Assembly: GCA_037143195.1 (NCBI GenBank) | Contig: JBAWZD010000003.1 | Coordinates: 5,333 to 69,332 of the forward strand | Length of the DNA: 64,000 nt | Source: a bacterium | GTDB lineage: Bacteria; Patescibacteriota; Minisyncoccia; Phycocordibacterales; UBA9973 | Direction of reading: 5' to 3' | Shown: one piece after another, positions 20,090 through 28,847 of the stretch | How the letters are laid out: each line of letters opens with the position of its first letter | Position numbering within the stretch: position 1 is the first letter of the stretch | Program-made: the position numbers and the translations under genes | The notes under the pieces: generated by a model | Database searches by the model: none | What the model saw: only the letters and a program-made list of their open reading frames with translations | What the model was told of the DNA's origin: nothing

Positions 20090-20761
20090 CTACTTTGCAC
20101 TAAACGGATTGAAGTTTGTGCCGATATCGTAGTAGTCTTCGCTCTCGTGCTTCTTAAGGAAGCCGATAACTTTGTATGTGAGCGGAGTAAAGAGTACTTC
20201 GACTGCAGTTTTGAAAATGTAATTTGAAACGATGAGCGTCACGATGAGCGACGTTGGGAAAACGCCCCAAAAAGCGATGACAATGAAAAGCATACTATCA
20301 AGCAATTCTCCGACAATTGTGGAACCGATTGTTCGGGCCCAAAGCATTTTGCCCTTGGTCCAAATTTTCATTTTGGCGAGGATATATGAATTTGAAAATT
20401 CTCCCGCAAAGTAGGCGATGAGGCTTGCGATGACGATACGTGGAGTCAATCCGAGAATCGCATCATATGCGGCTTGATTGTCCCAGCCAGCTGCGGGAGG
20501 AAGTTTACCCACGACGATGAAGATGATGGACATGAGGAGCGTCATCGCAAATCCGAGCCAAATCGTTTGGCGTGAACGCTTGTACCCGTATACCTCGGTG
20601 AGGACATCTCCGAAGATATAGCTGAGCGGGAAGAGGAGCGTGCCCCCGTCAAAGGTAAACCATTTAAGGTCCACAATTTTTGATGATGCGACGTCAGAGA
20701 TCAGGAGAATTGATACGAAGAACACACTAATTGCGCCGAGATACTTGTAATTTTTTTGCAT
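20090..20761 (-). CDS. queuosine precursor transporter (YhhQ/VUT family)
   Basis: FPLSYIFGDVLTEVYG, RIVIASLIAY, RTIGSTIVG..DS. Confidence 0.9.
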   Translation of the reverse strand: MQKNYKYLGAISVFFVSILLISDVASSKIVDLKWFTFDGGTLLFPLSYIFGDVLTEVYGYKRSRQTIWLGFAMTLLMSIIFIVVGKLPPAAGWDNQAAYDAILGLTPRIVIASLIAYFAGEFSNSYILAKMKIWTKGKMLWARTIGSTIVGELLDSMLFIVIAFWGVFPTSLIVTLIVSNYIFKTAVEVLFTPLTYKVIGFLKKHESEDYYDIGTNFNPFSAK

Positions 20762-20795
20762 AATAACGGCATGGTAGCATATTGGAAGATACATA

Positions 20796-20831
20796 CAAAA
20801 ATCCCCGAACGAATCGTTCGGGGATTTTTGA
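20796..20831. terminator. intrinsic terminator
   Basis: CAAAAATCCCCGAACGA / TCGTTCGGGGATTTTTG perfect stem. Confidence 0.8.
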
Positions 20832-20844
20832 AACGCGAGAGAAC

Positions 20845-21633
20845 TTACGGACGTGTAGTGAATGTCATGTCAGGACCATAAGTGGTACCTGCAGAGTTCG
20901 TTGCAATCGTCTGGTAGTGGTAGGTCGTCGCAGGGCGGAGTGTCGAGATAGTTGTCGGATTTGAGAATGATCCAGCACTTGTGCGAGGAGCTCCTACCAT
21001 CGTGACGGTACCGTAAGTAGTTGTAGTTCCATACTGAAAGCCAACTGTTGCGGATGATGCGCCACCGAGTGAAGTGAGACTACCGTTCAATGTGACTCCG
21101 GTGCGTGTGATACCTGTTGCAGGATTGGTCACGACTGTTGGAGCCATTGTTGTACGAACGATACATGCAGGTGTGGTAAATGGAACATTTGCTCCGTAAA
21201 TCATTCTGGTACCGGAAAGTGCGAACGCATTTACATTGTACGATGTGCCACATGGCAAACCGGTAATAGTGTACGGGTTGGTGAATGTTCCAACAGTTGT
21301 ACGAGCAAGGGGAACGCGAACGATTGTTCCTGTTCCTCCGACTGGAGCATAGTTGAATCCAACAACAACACTACTCAAGCTCCCCATGGTGTTCAAACGT
21401 CCGTTCAAGATGACGCCACCTTTTACGGTGATATTAGTTGCAGGGAGTGTAGTGACAGTTGGAAGTGTTGCTCCGTAGCCATAATATCCTGCGATGCCTT
21501 GGGCGATACGTCCTGCCGAAAGGGCAGGGTTCATTTGTGCAAATGCGACTCCACAAAATGCGGTAAAACCGATACTTGTGGCGATGATTGCTCCCTTCAA
21601 AACCTTTGTCTTCATAGTGTTTGAAATAGTCAT
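20845..21633 (-). CDS. secreted protein with two FN3-like (PTVTT.PAT.IT) modules
   Basis: Signal ending VAFA|Q; two repeats of PTVxTxPATxIT...LNG...GFxY...TYH...YG...FTT. Confidence 0.8.
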   Translation of the reverse strand: MTISNTMKTKVLKGAIIATSIGFTAFCGVAFAQMNPALSAGRIAQGIAGYYGYGATLPTVTTLPATNITVKGGVILNGRLNTMGSLSSVVVGFNYAPVGGTGTIVRVPLARTTVGTFTNPYTITGLPCGTSYNVNAFALSGTRMIYGANVPFTTPACIVRTTMAPTVVTNPATGITRTGVTLNGSLTSLGGASSATVGFQYGTTTTYGTVTMVGAPRTSAGSFSNPTTISTLRPATTYHYQTIATNSAGTTYGPDMTFTTRP

Positions 21634-21673
21634 ACAAAAAGTGTAAAAAACATACTAACTTATTAATACACAT

Positions 21674-21702
21674 ATTATACTCTTTATGGATAATTTTGTC
21701 AA
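21674..21702 (-). promoter_or_regulatory. consensus sigma70 promoter
   Basis: TTGACA-17 nt-TATAAT on the minus strand, upstream of the 21633 gene. Confidence 0.8.
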
Positions 21703-21739
21703 GGGGTATCTACAGGTCGCCCTATGGTACCCTTAAAGG

Positions 21740-23074
21740 ATGAAATTGCGACGATATGTGGATGTTGGGGTGATTACGGTGCTCGGAGTGCTCATTCACG
21801 TGCTTCCGTTTTGGTTGTATGGTCGTGATCCACTCGGATACGATGGCGGATTCTACCGCAGGTACATTATTGAGCACACCAATTTCCTCCATAGTGTGCC
21901 TGGGCTCGGGAGTGAGGCCCTTGTCCCAAAAATTACCTTTGATGTTTTGTCATTTTTGCACCTATCGACGAATATGATTTTGTACGGAAGCTTCATCGCG
22001 CTCTCCGCACTTGCGGGCATCATGCTTTTTCTCACATTCTCACGATATGCGGATAGACGTGTCGCGTTGTTCGCACTCATTTTCTGGGTGCTCTCTCCCG
22101 TGCAATATTTTGGATATTGGTGCATGCTCTACAAAAATATATTTGGCATTGTGCTTCTGTTACTCACGGCACTTCTGATTGAAAAAAGATCGCCGTGGAT
22201 GTACGTCGGCGCGGGGCTCATCGCGTGTACGCACCAGACAACGAGTGTTGTTTTCCTTATGTCGCTCGTCGTCTTCGCCGTCATCAACAAACAGTTCAGA
22301 CGTGAAGCCGTATTCATGTTTTGTGTTACGGCTTCAATCCTTGTCGCATTCCGTGCTCAAAGTATTGGCGCGAATCTCGTGACATTACCACAGGCAAGTT
22401 TCTTGTCGTGGTATCAATACCTAACACTCTCTGCGCCGATTCTTGGCCTCGCACTCATCGGGCTTGTACCATTCCTCAAAGCGATGCGATTCAATTTTCT
22501 CTCCGCGTTCTGCCTCGTTGCGATTGTGTATCCAATTTCACATCTTCCGTTCTATCAACGAATCTTTTTGTTTACTGATCTCGCGCTCATTCTCATGGCT
22601 GCATACGGAGCGACACTGCTTTCGGGGGAATATCTCGCACAACGTCTGAGTCCAGATAAGCATCTCGGGACAATTTTCTTGGTGAGTTTTTTGATCGGCA
22701 TGAGTCTCATGCTTGCATACAAAGTCTCGACACTTCGCGCGATGGTGACGCTTGAACAACTCTCTGCGCTCGAGCAGATTGATGTAGTCCTGCCGAAAGG
22801 GAGCTATGTGCTCACCACCTCGCAGCTCACACCATGGGTAGAAGGATTCAGTCACACGCACGTGATTGCTCCGACACTGCTCTACGATCATCATACGAAA
22901 GCTGAGTGGACAGACTATTGGAACGCGACCCGACTTACCGAGCGCACGAGTTTTTTGGATAGTTTTCCAAAACCGTTGTATGCGTTTCTGCCCCCTGAAG
23001 ACCATGACGTATTCATGCCACCAGAGTGCACGCAAAAACTCACCACATATATTTCCTTGTACACGTGTCAGTAA
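21740..23074 (+). CDS. polytopic membrane protein, GT-C glycosyltransferase-like
   Basis: PLGYDGGFY in the first loop after TM1, about 11 TM segments and a soluble C-terminal tail. Confidence 0.65.
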   Translation: MKLRRYVDVGVITVLGVLIHVLPFWLYGRDPLGYDGGFYRRYIIEHTNFLHSVPGLGSEALVPKITFDVLSFLHLSTNMILYGSFIALSALAGIMLFLTFSRYADRRVALFALIFWVLSPVQYFGYWCMLYKNIFGIVLLLLTALLIEKRSPWMYVGAGLIACTHQTTSVVFLMSLVVFAVINKQFRREAVFMFCVTASILVAFRAQSIGANLVTLPQASFLSWYQYLTLSAPILGLALIGLVPFLKAMRFNFLSAFCLVAIVYPISHLPFYQRIFLFTDLALILMAAYGATLLSGEYLAQRLSPDKHLGTIFLVSFLIGMSLMLAYKVSTLRAMVTLEQLSALEQIDVVLPKGSYVLTTSQLTPWVEGFSHTHVIAPTLLYDHHTKAEWTDYWNATRLTERTSFLDSFPKPLYAFLPPEDHDVFMPPECTQKLTTYISLYTCQ

Positions 23075-23104
23075 TTGATTTTCCAATCGCGCTCGCGAAC
23101 ACAG

Positions 23105-23860
23105 CTATTCTTTTTTGCCGTACACGAATTCTTCTCCAAAATCGGCTAAGACCTCGCTCTCAGTTTTCTGAAAGATTGATTGCAATTCAGTGTATGCGTC
23201 GCTTTTTTCTGTTTGGTTCGTATTGTCGCTCTCGATGATTGCCTCAAGCGAGCGCACATGTTCGGCGTCACTTTTTAGCACGGGGATTCCCCGAAATTCA
23301 AGATATGACGCAAAGCCGTATTCTGAATATTTGTCTTTGAATACGCTTTTTTGTACATCAAAACGTGCGGCGATTCCGCGACTGATTGGTTCGTCAGAAC
23401 CGCTTCCCGTATATATGTAATGACCGAAGACCGTTGTTCCGTAATTTCGAGGGGAGGGCAAGAGTGGAGCCTCTTGATTGACGAGGTTTACAAGCTTCTC
23501 TAGATTTTCTCGTGAGCCCACGTAGATGGTCGCGCCAGAATCTGTTTTTGCATTAAACCATGTACCGATTGCGCCATCAATTTTAAAATATTGACCGTAG
23601 TCATTCAGGAGGTTCGCAAGGAATTTTTCAAACCCTTTTTCGAATTGCACATGTACCTTCCAGCCTTTCGATGAATATTCTGCGTTGAGTGATGTTTTTG
23701 GGGATTGGTAATAGAAACGTCGTCCATATTCTGGATTATTGAAATCACCGTATTGTCTGTTCCAGTCAGCGAGGAATTCTTGCTGGCTCAAATTTGGATG
23801 TTTTTCCGGCAGGCTCTCACTCGCGTGAGGCTCTTGAATCGGTAGGCTGTCGAATCCCAT
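23105..23860 (-). CDS. hypothetical protein, OspF/LanL phosphothreonine-lyase-like motifs
   Basis: GWKVHVQ...YFK...GATIY...SDEPI...AARF motif order. Confidence 0.55.
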   Translation of the reverse strand: MGFDSLPIQEPHASESLPEKHPNLSQQEFLADWNRQYGDFNNPEYGRRFYYQSPKTSLNAEYSSKGWKVHVQFEKGFEKFLANLLNDYGQYFKIDGAIGTWFNAKTDSGATIYVGSRENLEKLVNLVNQEAPLLPSPRNYGTTVFGHYIYTGSGSDEPISRGIAARFDVQKSVFKDKYSEYGFASYLEFRGIPVLKSDAEHVRSLEAIIESDNTNQTEKSDAYTELQSIFQKTESEVLADFGEEFVYGKKE

Positions 23861-23923
23861 ATGGACGTAATAGTAACCTACTTTTTGGAATAAAAGTCAC
23901 CGGACTTATTTTGGAGCACTCGG

Positions 23924-24943
23924 TCAAGCATCTTTATTCTCGAGGCTTTGTAGTACCTGCAAGTACAGATTTTCTACTATTTTCTCCTGCGCCTTACCAA
24001 GCTTTACATAATGATCAAGACCAGGCGCAGCATTGATTTCAAGAACCCAATATTTTTTAGGCGATTGAGATATGTCTCCATCGATCATTATATCCACTCC
24101 GCACAATCGAAGATTCATGTCACGGGTGAGACGCACTGCCACTTTTTTGAAATCAGGATGTATTTTTTCTGTTACATCGATAGAATCTCCGCCAGTCGAA
24201 AGATTCGCATTATCCAGAAGGTATACTCGTTCACCATGAGCGGGAACAGATCGAAACGTCTTACCTTGATGCTCGAGTTTTATTTTGATCCGAGGATCAG
24301 TCATTTTTATTTGCGTGTCACGGTGTTCGACAATAAATTTCCTCTGTTTTTCTTTGAGGAGTTTTTCGATAGTGGATTTCCCGTCACCGAGGACGTTTAA
24401 AGGGATTCTTTCGTATGCTGAAATAACTCGATCATCGAGCACGACGATTCGGTAATCCTTTCCTTGAAGCGCTTTTTGTACGAGGGCAACACGGTCTCTT
24501 TTAAATATTGATCGCATCGCTTGGTAGAGCTCTTTTTTGTTGTGGACAAGAGAAACTCCAGATCCCTGACTTCCACTATTTGGTTTTACAACGACTGGAA
24601 AACCAATTTTCTGTGCAAAAATATATGCGGCATCAATGTTCTTGTGAGTACTTCCAATGGCTTCCGCCCACTCCTTTGAAAAGAAGGCCTTGCTGTTTGG
24701 CACAACAGAATACCCGAGCCGTTTCATAAAGATGCTTGCGTAATCTTTATCTTTCGCAATGTCTGACGCACCAACAGGATTAAGGTCGAGTGTATTGTAA
24801 CGGAAATATGACTTCCTTCCGCTCTTAAAAGTGATCTGTCCGGCGATGTTCCACTCTGGCTCAAGAAAAACAGTTGCGCCGATTTGCGGCGCGATCCGCT
24901 TTAGCATTTTACCGAGAATTAGAGACTCCTTCTTGTTTTTCAT
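23924..24943 (-). CDS. ATP-grasp protein (cyanophycin synthetase/GshAB ATP-grasp-like)
   Basis: AKDK, PVVVKPNSGSQGSGV, DYRIVV, GDGKSTI, ANLSTGG, GVDIM, LEINAAPG. Confidence 0.88.
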   Translation of the reverse strand: MKNKKESLILGKMLKRIAPQIGATVFLEPEWNIAGQITFKSGRKSYFRYNTLDLNPVGASDIAKDKDYASIFMKRLGYSVVPNSKAFFSKEWAEAIGSTHKNIDAAYIFAQKIGFPVVVKPNSGSQGSGVSLVHNKKELYQAMRSIFKRDRVALVQKALQGKDYRIVVLDDRVISAYERIPLNVLGDGKSTIEKLLKEKQRKFIVEHRDTQIKMTDPRIKIKLEHQGKTFRSVPAHGERVYLLDNANLSTGGDSIDVTEKIHPDFKKVAVRLTRDMNLRLCGVDIMIDGDISQSPKKYWVLEINAAPGLDHYVKLGKAQEKIVENLYLQVLQSLENKDA

Positions 24944-25322
24944 AGGTGTAAGCATTGTAGCTTACAACCTGCTGTGGGGAAAGAAATCCGTTTTCAGTCA
25001 AAGACACAGTACAGGTGAGGGGCAAAATAAATAACCGGCTGTCCACTTAGATGAACAACCGGTGTTTTTCTCCTCTTGTCACTTCATCGCTCTTTGGATG
25101 AAGTCTTCTGTGGGTCGAGGAGAGAATATGCCCAAAGCTGATGCTAATCTAACATAATAAATGACCCATGCAAATATGGGTCATTTTACTGCGGAGGACC
25201 GTTGAGGCTGTTAGAACTTGGTATGAGGGACAAAGTGTGCCGATCTATGTGCCAAAGTTGGGTAAACTAACTCATTAATATTCAGAAAATCCTTATAACA
25301 AAAGGGTTTTATTAAATATATA

Positions 25323-25351
25323 TTGACAAATAGTATTTTAAGGTGTATAAT
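25323..25351 (+). promoter_or_regulatory. consensus sigma70 promoter
   Basis: TTGACA-17 nt-TATAAT about 200 nt upstream of the 25552 ATG. Confidence 0.8.
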
Positions 25352-25399
25352 ATGTAACAGTTCATTATCCTTTGAAAATGATAAATATTCCGCAAAAAG

Positions 25400-25540
25400 A
25401 AAGCTCTAGCGAGTGAGTAACCTCCTTAATCGTCCCAGAAAAGCATAGCCATGCAGGAGGCTGGGTTAGTAGCAGATGACGCTAGGAAAGACTAGAAAGC
25501 ATACGCATGCCCTCGGATTAAACAAGACCTTGACCGAGCA
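25400..25540 (+). ncRNA. candidate structured 5' leader RNA
   Basis: CTAGCG/CGCTAG, CCTCCT/AGGAGG, CCCAG/CTGGG, GCAT/ATGC and CTCGG/CCGAG complementary pairs. Confidence 0.4.
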
Positions 25541-25551
25541 AGGCAAAACAA

Positions 25552-26367
25552 ATGGTATTATTGCGTTTTAATGGCAGACAAATTGTTAAAGCAGAAAACA
25601 TAGGCGAAATGATTGCCTATAATCTTCACATGACTTACGCCGATCATGGTTGGAAATTGGCAGAAATTCCACAACCACGCAAAGACGAGGTGGTGGTAAT
25701 GATTGCTGATGCTCAAATAGCGGGACCAGTAGGTGTCCTATATCTTCACAAAAGATATTTAAATAAGGACAACTACGGTGATCTTCAGGTTGATCCCAGG
25801 GTACAGGATACTTTGAGGATGTTTAGAGGGAAGAGCCACAGTTGGCTCATGGTTGTAAAACCAACCTCGGAATACAAGATTCAACTCTTTGGGAAAGTTT
25901 TCCTACTAAAGGACTATGAATCTTTTATCAGTGAAGACGGTATTGTTGAGATACGGCCGTTCGATCTGCGTCTTCGTATTAACGGGATACAAGTCCCAAC
26001 CAGAACAGGGGCTGAGTGTGTTCCCGGTCATGTTGAATGGTGTTTATCCGAGAAAGTAGGTATCAAAATTGCAGACCCAGTTGTTTCTGAGAAGCTGGAA
26101 TTAACCACGGGCTTTTACTTGCCCAATGGTTTCCGTTTTTTTAACAAGTTCGCTCAAGGATTTGAATGGGCAGATGGAAAACGGCAAGTTTTTGAGGATA
26201 ATCTATTCATTGTCAGTGCGGAATGTTTCTTCGATGAGGAGGAAAATTTTCACACTGGCTGTGGGGAGTTTACAAATTGGGAAATTCAGTGGAAAGAAAC
26301 CGGAGCGGGTACGCTCGGTGGGTACAAAGAAAAAGAGCTTGAGGCCATACGCAAAAAGTTCAATTAA
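25552..26367 (+). CDS. hypothetical protein
   Basis: 271-aa ORF with its own promoter and terminator (AGAGGCGAGCAAT/ATTGCTCGCCTCT at about 26393-26420). Confidence 0.75.
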   Translation: MVLLRFNGRQIVKAENIGEMIAYNLHMTYADHGWKLAEIPQPRKDEVVVMIADAQIAGPVGVLYLHKRYLNKDNYGDLQVDPRVQDTLRMFRGKSHSWLMVVKPTSEYKIQLFGKVFLLKDYESFISEDGIVEIRPFDLRLRINGIQVPTRTGAECVPGHVEWCLSEKVGIKIADPVVSEKLELTTGFYLPNGFRFFNKFAQGFEWADGKRQVFEDNLFIVSAECFFDEEENFHTGCGEFTNWEIQWKETGAGTLGGYKEKELEAIRKKFN

Positions 26368-26515
26368 GTTCCTAAGTGCTATAAATTCTATCAGAGGCGA
26401 GCAATTCATTGCTCGCCTCTATTTTATTATGGCTTGGATATTGTTTGAGATATCTAGGTTCGAATCTCACTCTCTGTGTCGAAATCCAACCATATTTTAC
26501 AAACTTCAAAATCTG

Positions 26516-26602
26516 CGGAGGCGGTGAGATTCGAACTCACGGTACCCTTTCGGATACGACAGTTTTCAAGACTGTTGCCTTCAACCACTCAGCCACGCCT
26601 CC
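26516..26602 (-). tRNA. tRNA-Ser(TGA)
   Basis: GGAGGCG/CGCCTCC acceptor, ACAGT-CTTGAAA-ACTGT anticodon arm, long variable arm, GTGAG-TTCGAAT-CTCAC T arm. Confidence 0.96.
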
Positions 26603-26683
26603 GTATGCGTTATTTTGTTCTGCCTGATTACATTACCTTATTTCTCTCTTTTTTTCAATTTTTTGAGTATACTAGGCATATAT

Positions 26684-27100
26684 ATGAAATATCTCGGCAT
26701 AGACTATGGGACGAAGCGCATTGGTATTGCGGTGAGTGATTCTGACGGAACGCTCGCGCGACCAGTGGCTGTGGTGAAGAATACGACCGGTTTTTTGGAT
26801 GAAATCGAGGGTATTATTGCTCGCGAAGGGGTAGAGGGAATCGTTGTTGGAAGTTCAGAGGGCAATAAAGTGCAGCGAGATATTGAAGAACTCATTGGAC
26901 AGCTCACCCTGACGACATTTTTGCCGGTGGAGACTATTACTGAGGCTTTTAGTTCTATGGAGGCGCATGGGAAGCGCGGCAAGGAACAGATGGCGGCGCG
27001 GGCGACCAAAGCTCCGACCAAGCCGACTGACCTCGACGCCCGCGCCGCAGCTGTCATCCTTCAGCGATACCTCGATACGAACAGTAAAAAAAGGAAATAG
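26684..27100 (+). CDS. ruvX: YqgF/RuvX family nuclease
   Basis: YLGIDYGTKRIGIAVSD, EAFSS, DARAAAVILQRYLD. Confidence 0.93.
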   Translation: MKYLGIDYGTKRIGIAVSDSDGTLARPVAVVKNTTGFLDEIEGIIAREGVEGIVVGSSEGNKVQRDIEELIGQLTLTTFLPVETITEAFSSMEAHGKRGKEQMAARATKAPTKPTDLDARAAAVILQRYLDTNSKKRK

Positions 27101-27118
27101 AAACAAACTTGCGTTTCA

Positions 27119-27136
27119 TTTGTACATTTTGTACAA
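27119..27136. promoter_or_regulatory. TA operator: tandem TGTACA palindromes
   Basis: TGTACA at 27121-27126 and 27130-27135, just before the antitoxin ATG; TGTACA is the core bound by YefM-type antitoxins. Confidence 0.65.
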
Positions 27137-27143
27137 TATACGC

Positions 27144-27401
27144 ATGAAGATAAAGACGCTCTCGACAACTGAAGCTCGCGCCCGTCTCGGGGATATTGTG
27201 TCCGAAGTTCACACTTCGGGTATTGGTGTTGTTATTGGACGACGTGACGAACCTCTCGCAGTACTTGTTTCGTTTCCTCGCGCATACAATCGCGACCTTT
27301 CTGAGCTGACAAATATCAATGCATATTCAAAGAGTTTTGATTTCCTTGCTGATGAACCTGACCTTTATTCACGAGCTGACTTAAAAAAGAAATATGTCTA
27401 A
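27144..27401 (+). CDS. Phd/YefM-family antitoxin
   Basis: MKIKTLSTTEARARLGDIVSEV...VVIGRRDEPLAVLV; overlaps the toxin start. Confidence 0.82.
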   Translation: MKIKTLSTTEARARLGDIVSEVHTSGIGVVIGRRDEPLAVLVSFPRAYNRDLSELTNINAYSKSFDFLADEPDLYSRADLKKKYV

Positions 27402-27732
27402 GGTGGGGAAGATAGTCCTTGTGCCGTTTCCCTTTACTGATCTCTCTGGTGAGAAAGTTCGCCCCGCGCTTGTGCTCGCAGATGACGACAAGGATGCCGA
27501 CTTCCTTGTCTGTTTTATTACCACGGTCGTCTCAAAAAAAGAAAAATACGGAGTGGTGATTTCAAAAGAGGATATTCATTTCAAGAAAACGGGATTGAAA
27601 GCGACTTCTGTAATCCGTGTTTCAAAGATAGCGACACTCGACAAGAAAGTTGCACTGGGAGAAATCGGAGAACTTGATATTAAAAAAATACAACAAGTAA
27701 GAAAGGCGTTGAGGGAATACCTACAAGTGTAG
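27394..27732 (+). CDS. PemK/MazF-family toxin
   Basis: GKIVLVPFPFTDLSGEKVRPALVL, GLKATSVIRVSKIATL. Confidence 0.9.
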   Translation: MSKVGKIVLVPFPFTDLSGEKVRPALVLADDDKDADFLVCFITTVVSKKEKYGVVISKEDIHFKKTGLKATSVIRVSKIATLDKKVALGEIGELDIKKIQQVRKALREYLQV

Positions 27733-27772
27733 TGCTACCAAAAGCATACCAATTAGGATATACTCCAAATAT

Positions 27773-28192
27773 ATGGAATACGTTTCCTACGATGAATTTA
27801 AGAAGATGGATATGCGTGTTGGCACGATCCGTGCCGTCGAACCAGTCGAGGGGACTGACAAGCTTTTGAAATGCCAAATTGATTTTGGTGAATTCGAAGA
27901 AGTTGTATCACCTGTCGCAAGTGACGATGATGTCGAGGCAAGCACTGAAGTTGTAGCCGAAGCTCCGGCTCCGATTCCAAAACTCCGCCAGATTGTCTCT
28001 GGTATTCGTGAATATTTTCCTGAATATGAAAAACTTGTTGGCAAACAGGTCCTCTATATTGTAAATCTTGAACCACGCATGATTCGTGGTGTTGAGAGTA
28101 GGGGCATGCTCATGGCTGTCGATGGCAAAGATGGGAAACCAGTATTTCTTTCTCCTGAAGTCGAAGTGAACGCAGGGTCACACGTGCGCTAA
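27773..28192 (+). CDS. tRNA-binding OB-fold protein (MetG C-terminal/CsaA-like)
   Basis: FKKMDMRVGTI, DKLLK, RQIVSGI, NLEPRMIRGVESRGML. Confidence 0.9.
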   Translation: MEYVSYDEFKKMDMRVGTIRAVEPVEGTDKLLKCQIDFGEFEEVVSPVASDDDVEASTEVVAEAPAPIPKLRQIVSGIREYFPEYEKLVGKQVLYIVNLEPRMIRGVESRGMLMAVDGKDGKPVFLSPEVEVNAGSHVR

Positions 28193-28201
28193 CATATTAC
28201 A

Positions 28202-28789
28202 ATGGAACAACTCATCCCACTCATCGAGACCGTCGGCTACATCGGAGTATTCGGAATGATTTTTGCTGAGACAGGACTTCTGGTCGGATTTTTCTTTCCA
28301 GGAGATACGCTCCTTTTTGCTGCTGGTATTCTTGCCTCAAAAGGGATTTTTAATATTGTCATTCTGCTCACCGGTGCCGCAATTATGGCAATACTCGGCG
28401 ATACGACTGGCTACATGATTGGCAAAAAAATCGGCCCCAAAATTTTTGTACGTGAAGACTCACTGTTTTTTAAACAAGTCTATGTCACTCGCGCACAACA
28501 TTTTTTTCAAAAGCATGGACGAAAAACAATTTTCTTGTCTCGCTATATTCCCATCGTTCGTACGTTCGCTCCCGTCGTTGCCGGTGTGGGGGAGATGCCG
28601 TACCATACATTTATTCTCTACAATATTACAGGAGGAATCGTGTGGTGTTTTTCGATTGGGCTTGCTGGATATTTCCTCGGCACACGAATTCCGAATATCG
28701 ATCAGTACATACTGCCGATAGTTATTGGTATTTTTGTGCTTTCGTTTCTACCAGTTATCCGTCAGTTTTTCCCATCCAAGAAAAAATAG
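28202..28789 (+). CDS. DedA family membrane protein
   Basis: IFAETGLLVGFFFPGDTLLF, RYIPIVRTFAP. Confidence 0.95.
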   Translation: MEQLIPLIETVGYIGVFGMIFAETGLLVGFFFPGDTLLFAAGILASKGIFNIVILLTGAAIMAILGDTTGYMIGKKIGPKIFVREDSLFFKQVYVTRAQHFFQKHGRKTIFLSRYIPIVRTFAPVVAGVGEMPYHTFILYNITGGIVWCFSIGLAGYFLGTRIPNIDQYILPIVIGIFVLSFLPVIRQFFPSKKK

Positions 28790-28847
28790 CCTGAAATATG
28801 CACAGGATTGTTTCTTTCGAGCTTCATTTGGCGTATACTAGGTCTGT

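Noticed and set aside
20762-20800. preQ1 riboswitch upstream of the queuosine precursor transporter
   Set aside because: The -10-like box lies about 9 nt from the ATG, leaving no room, and no preQ1 consensus is visible.
23924-24943. Calling the ATP-grasp gene cyanophycin synthetase (cphA)
   Set aside because: It is only about 340 aa and lacks the Mur-ligase domain of CphA.
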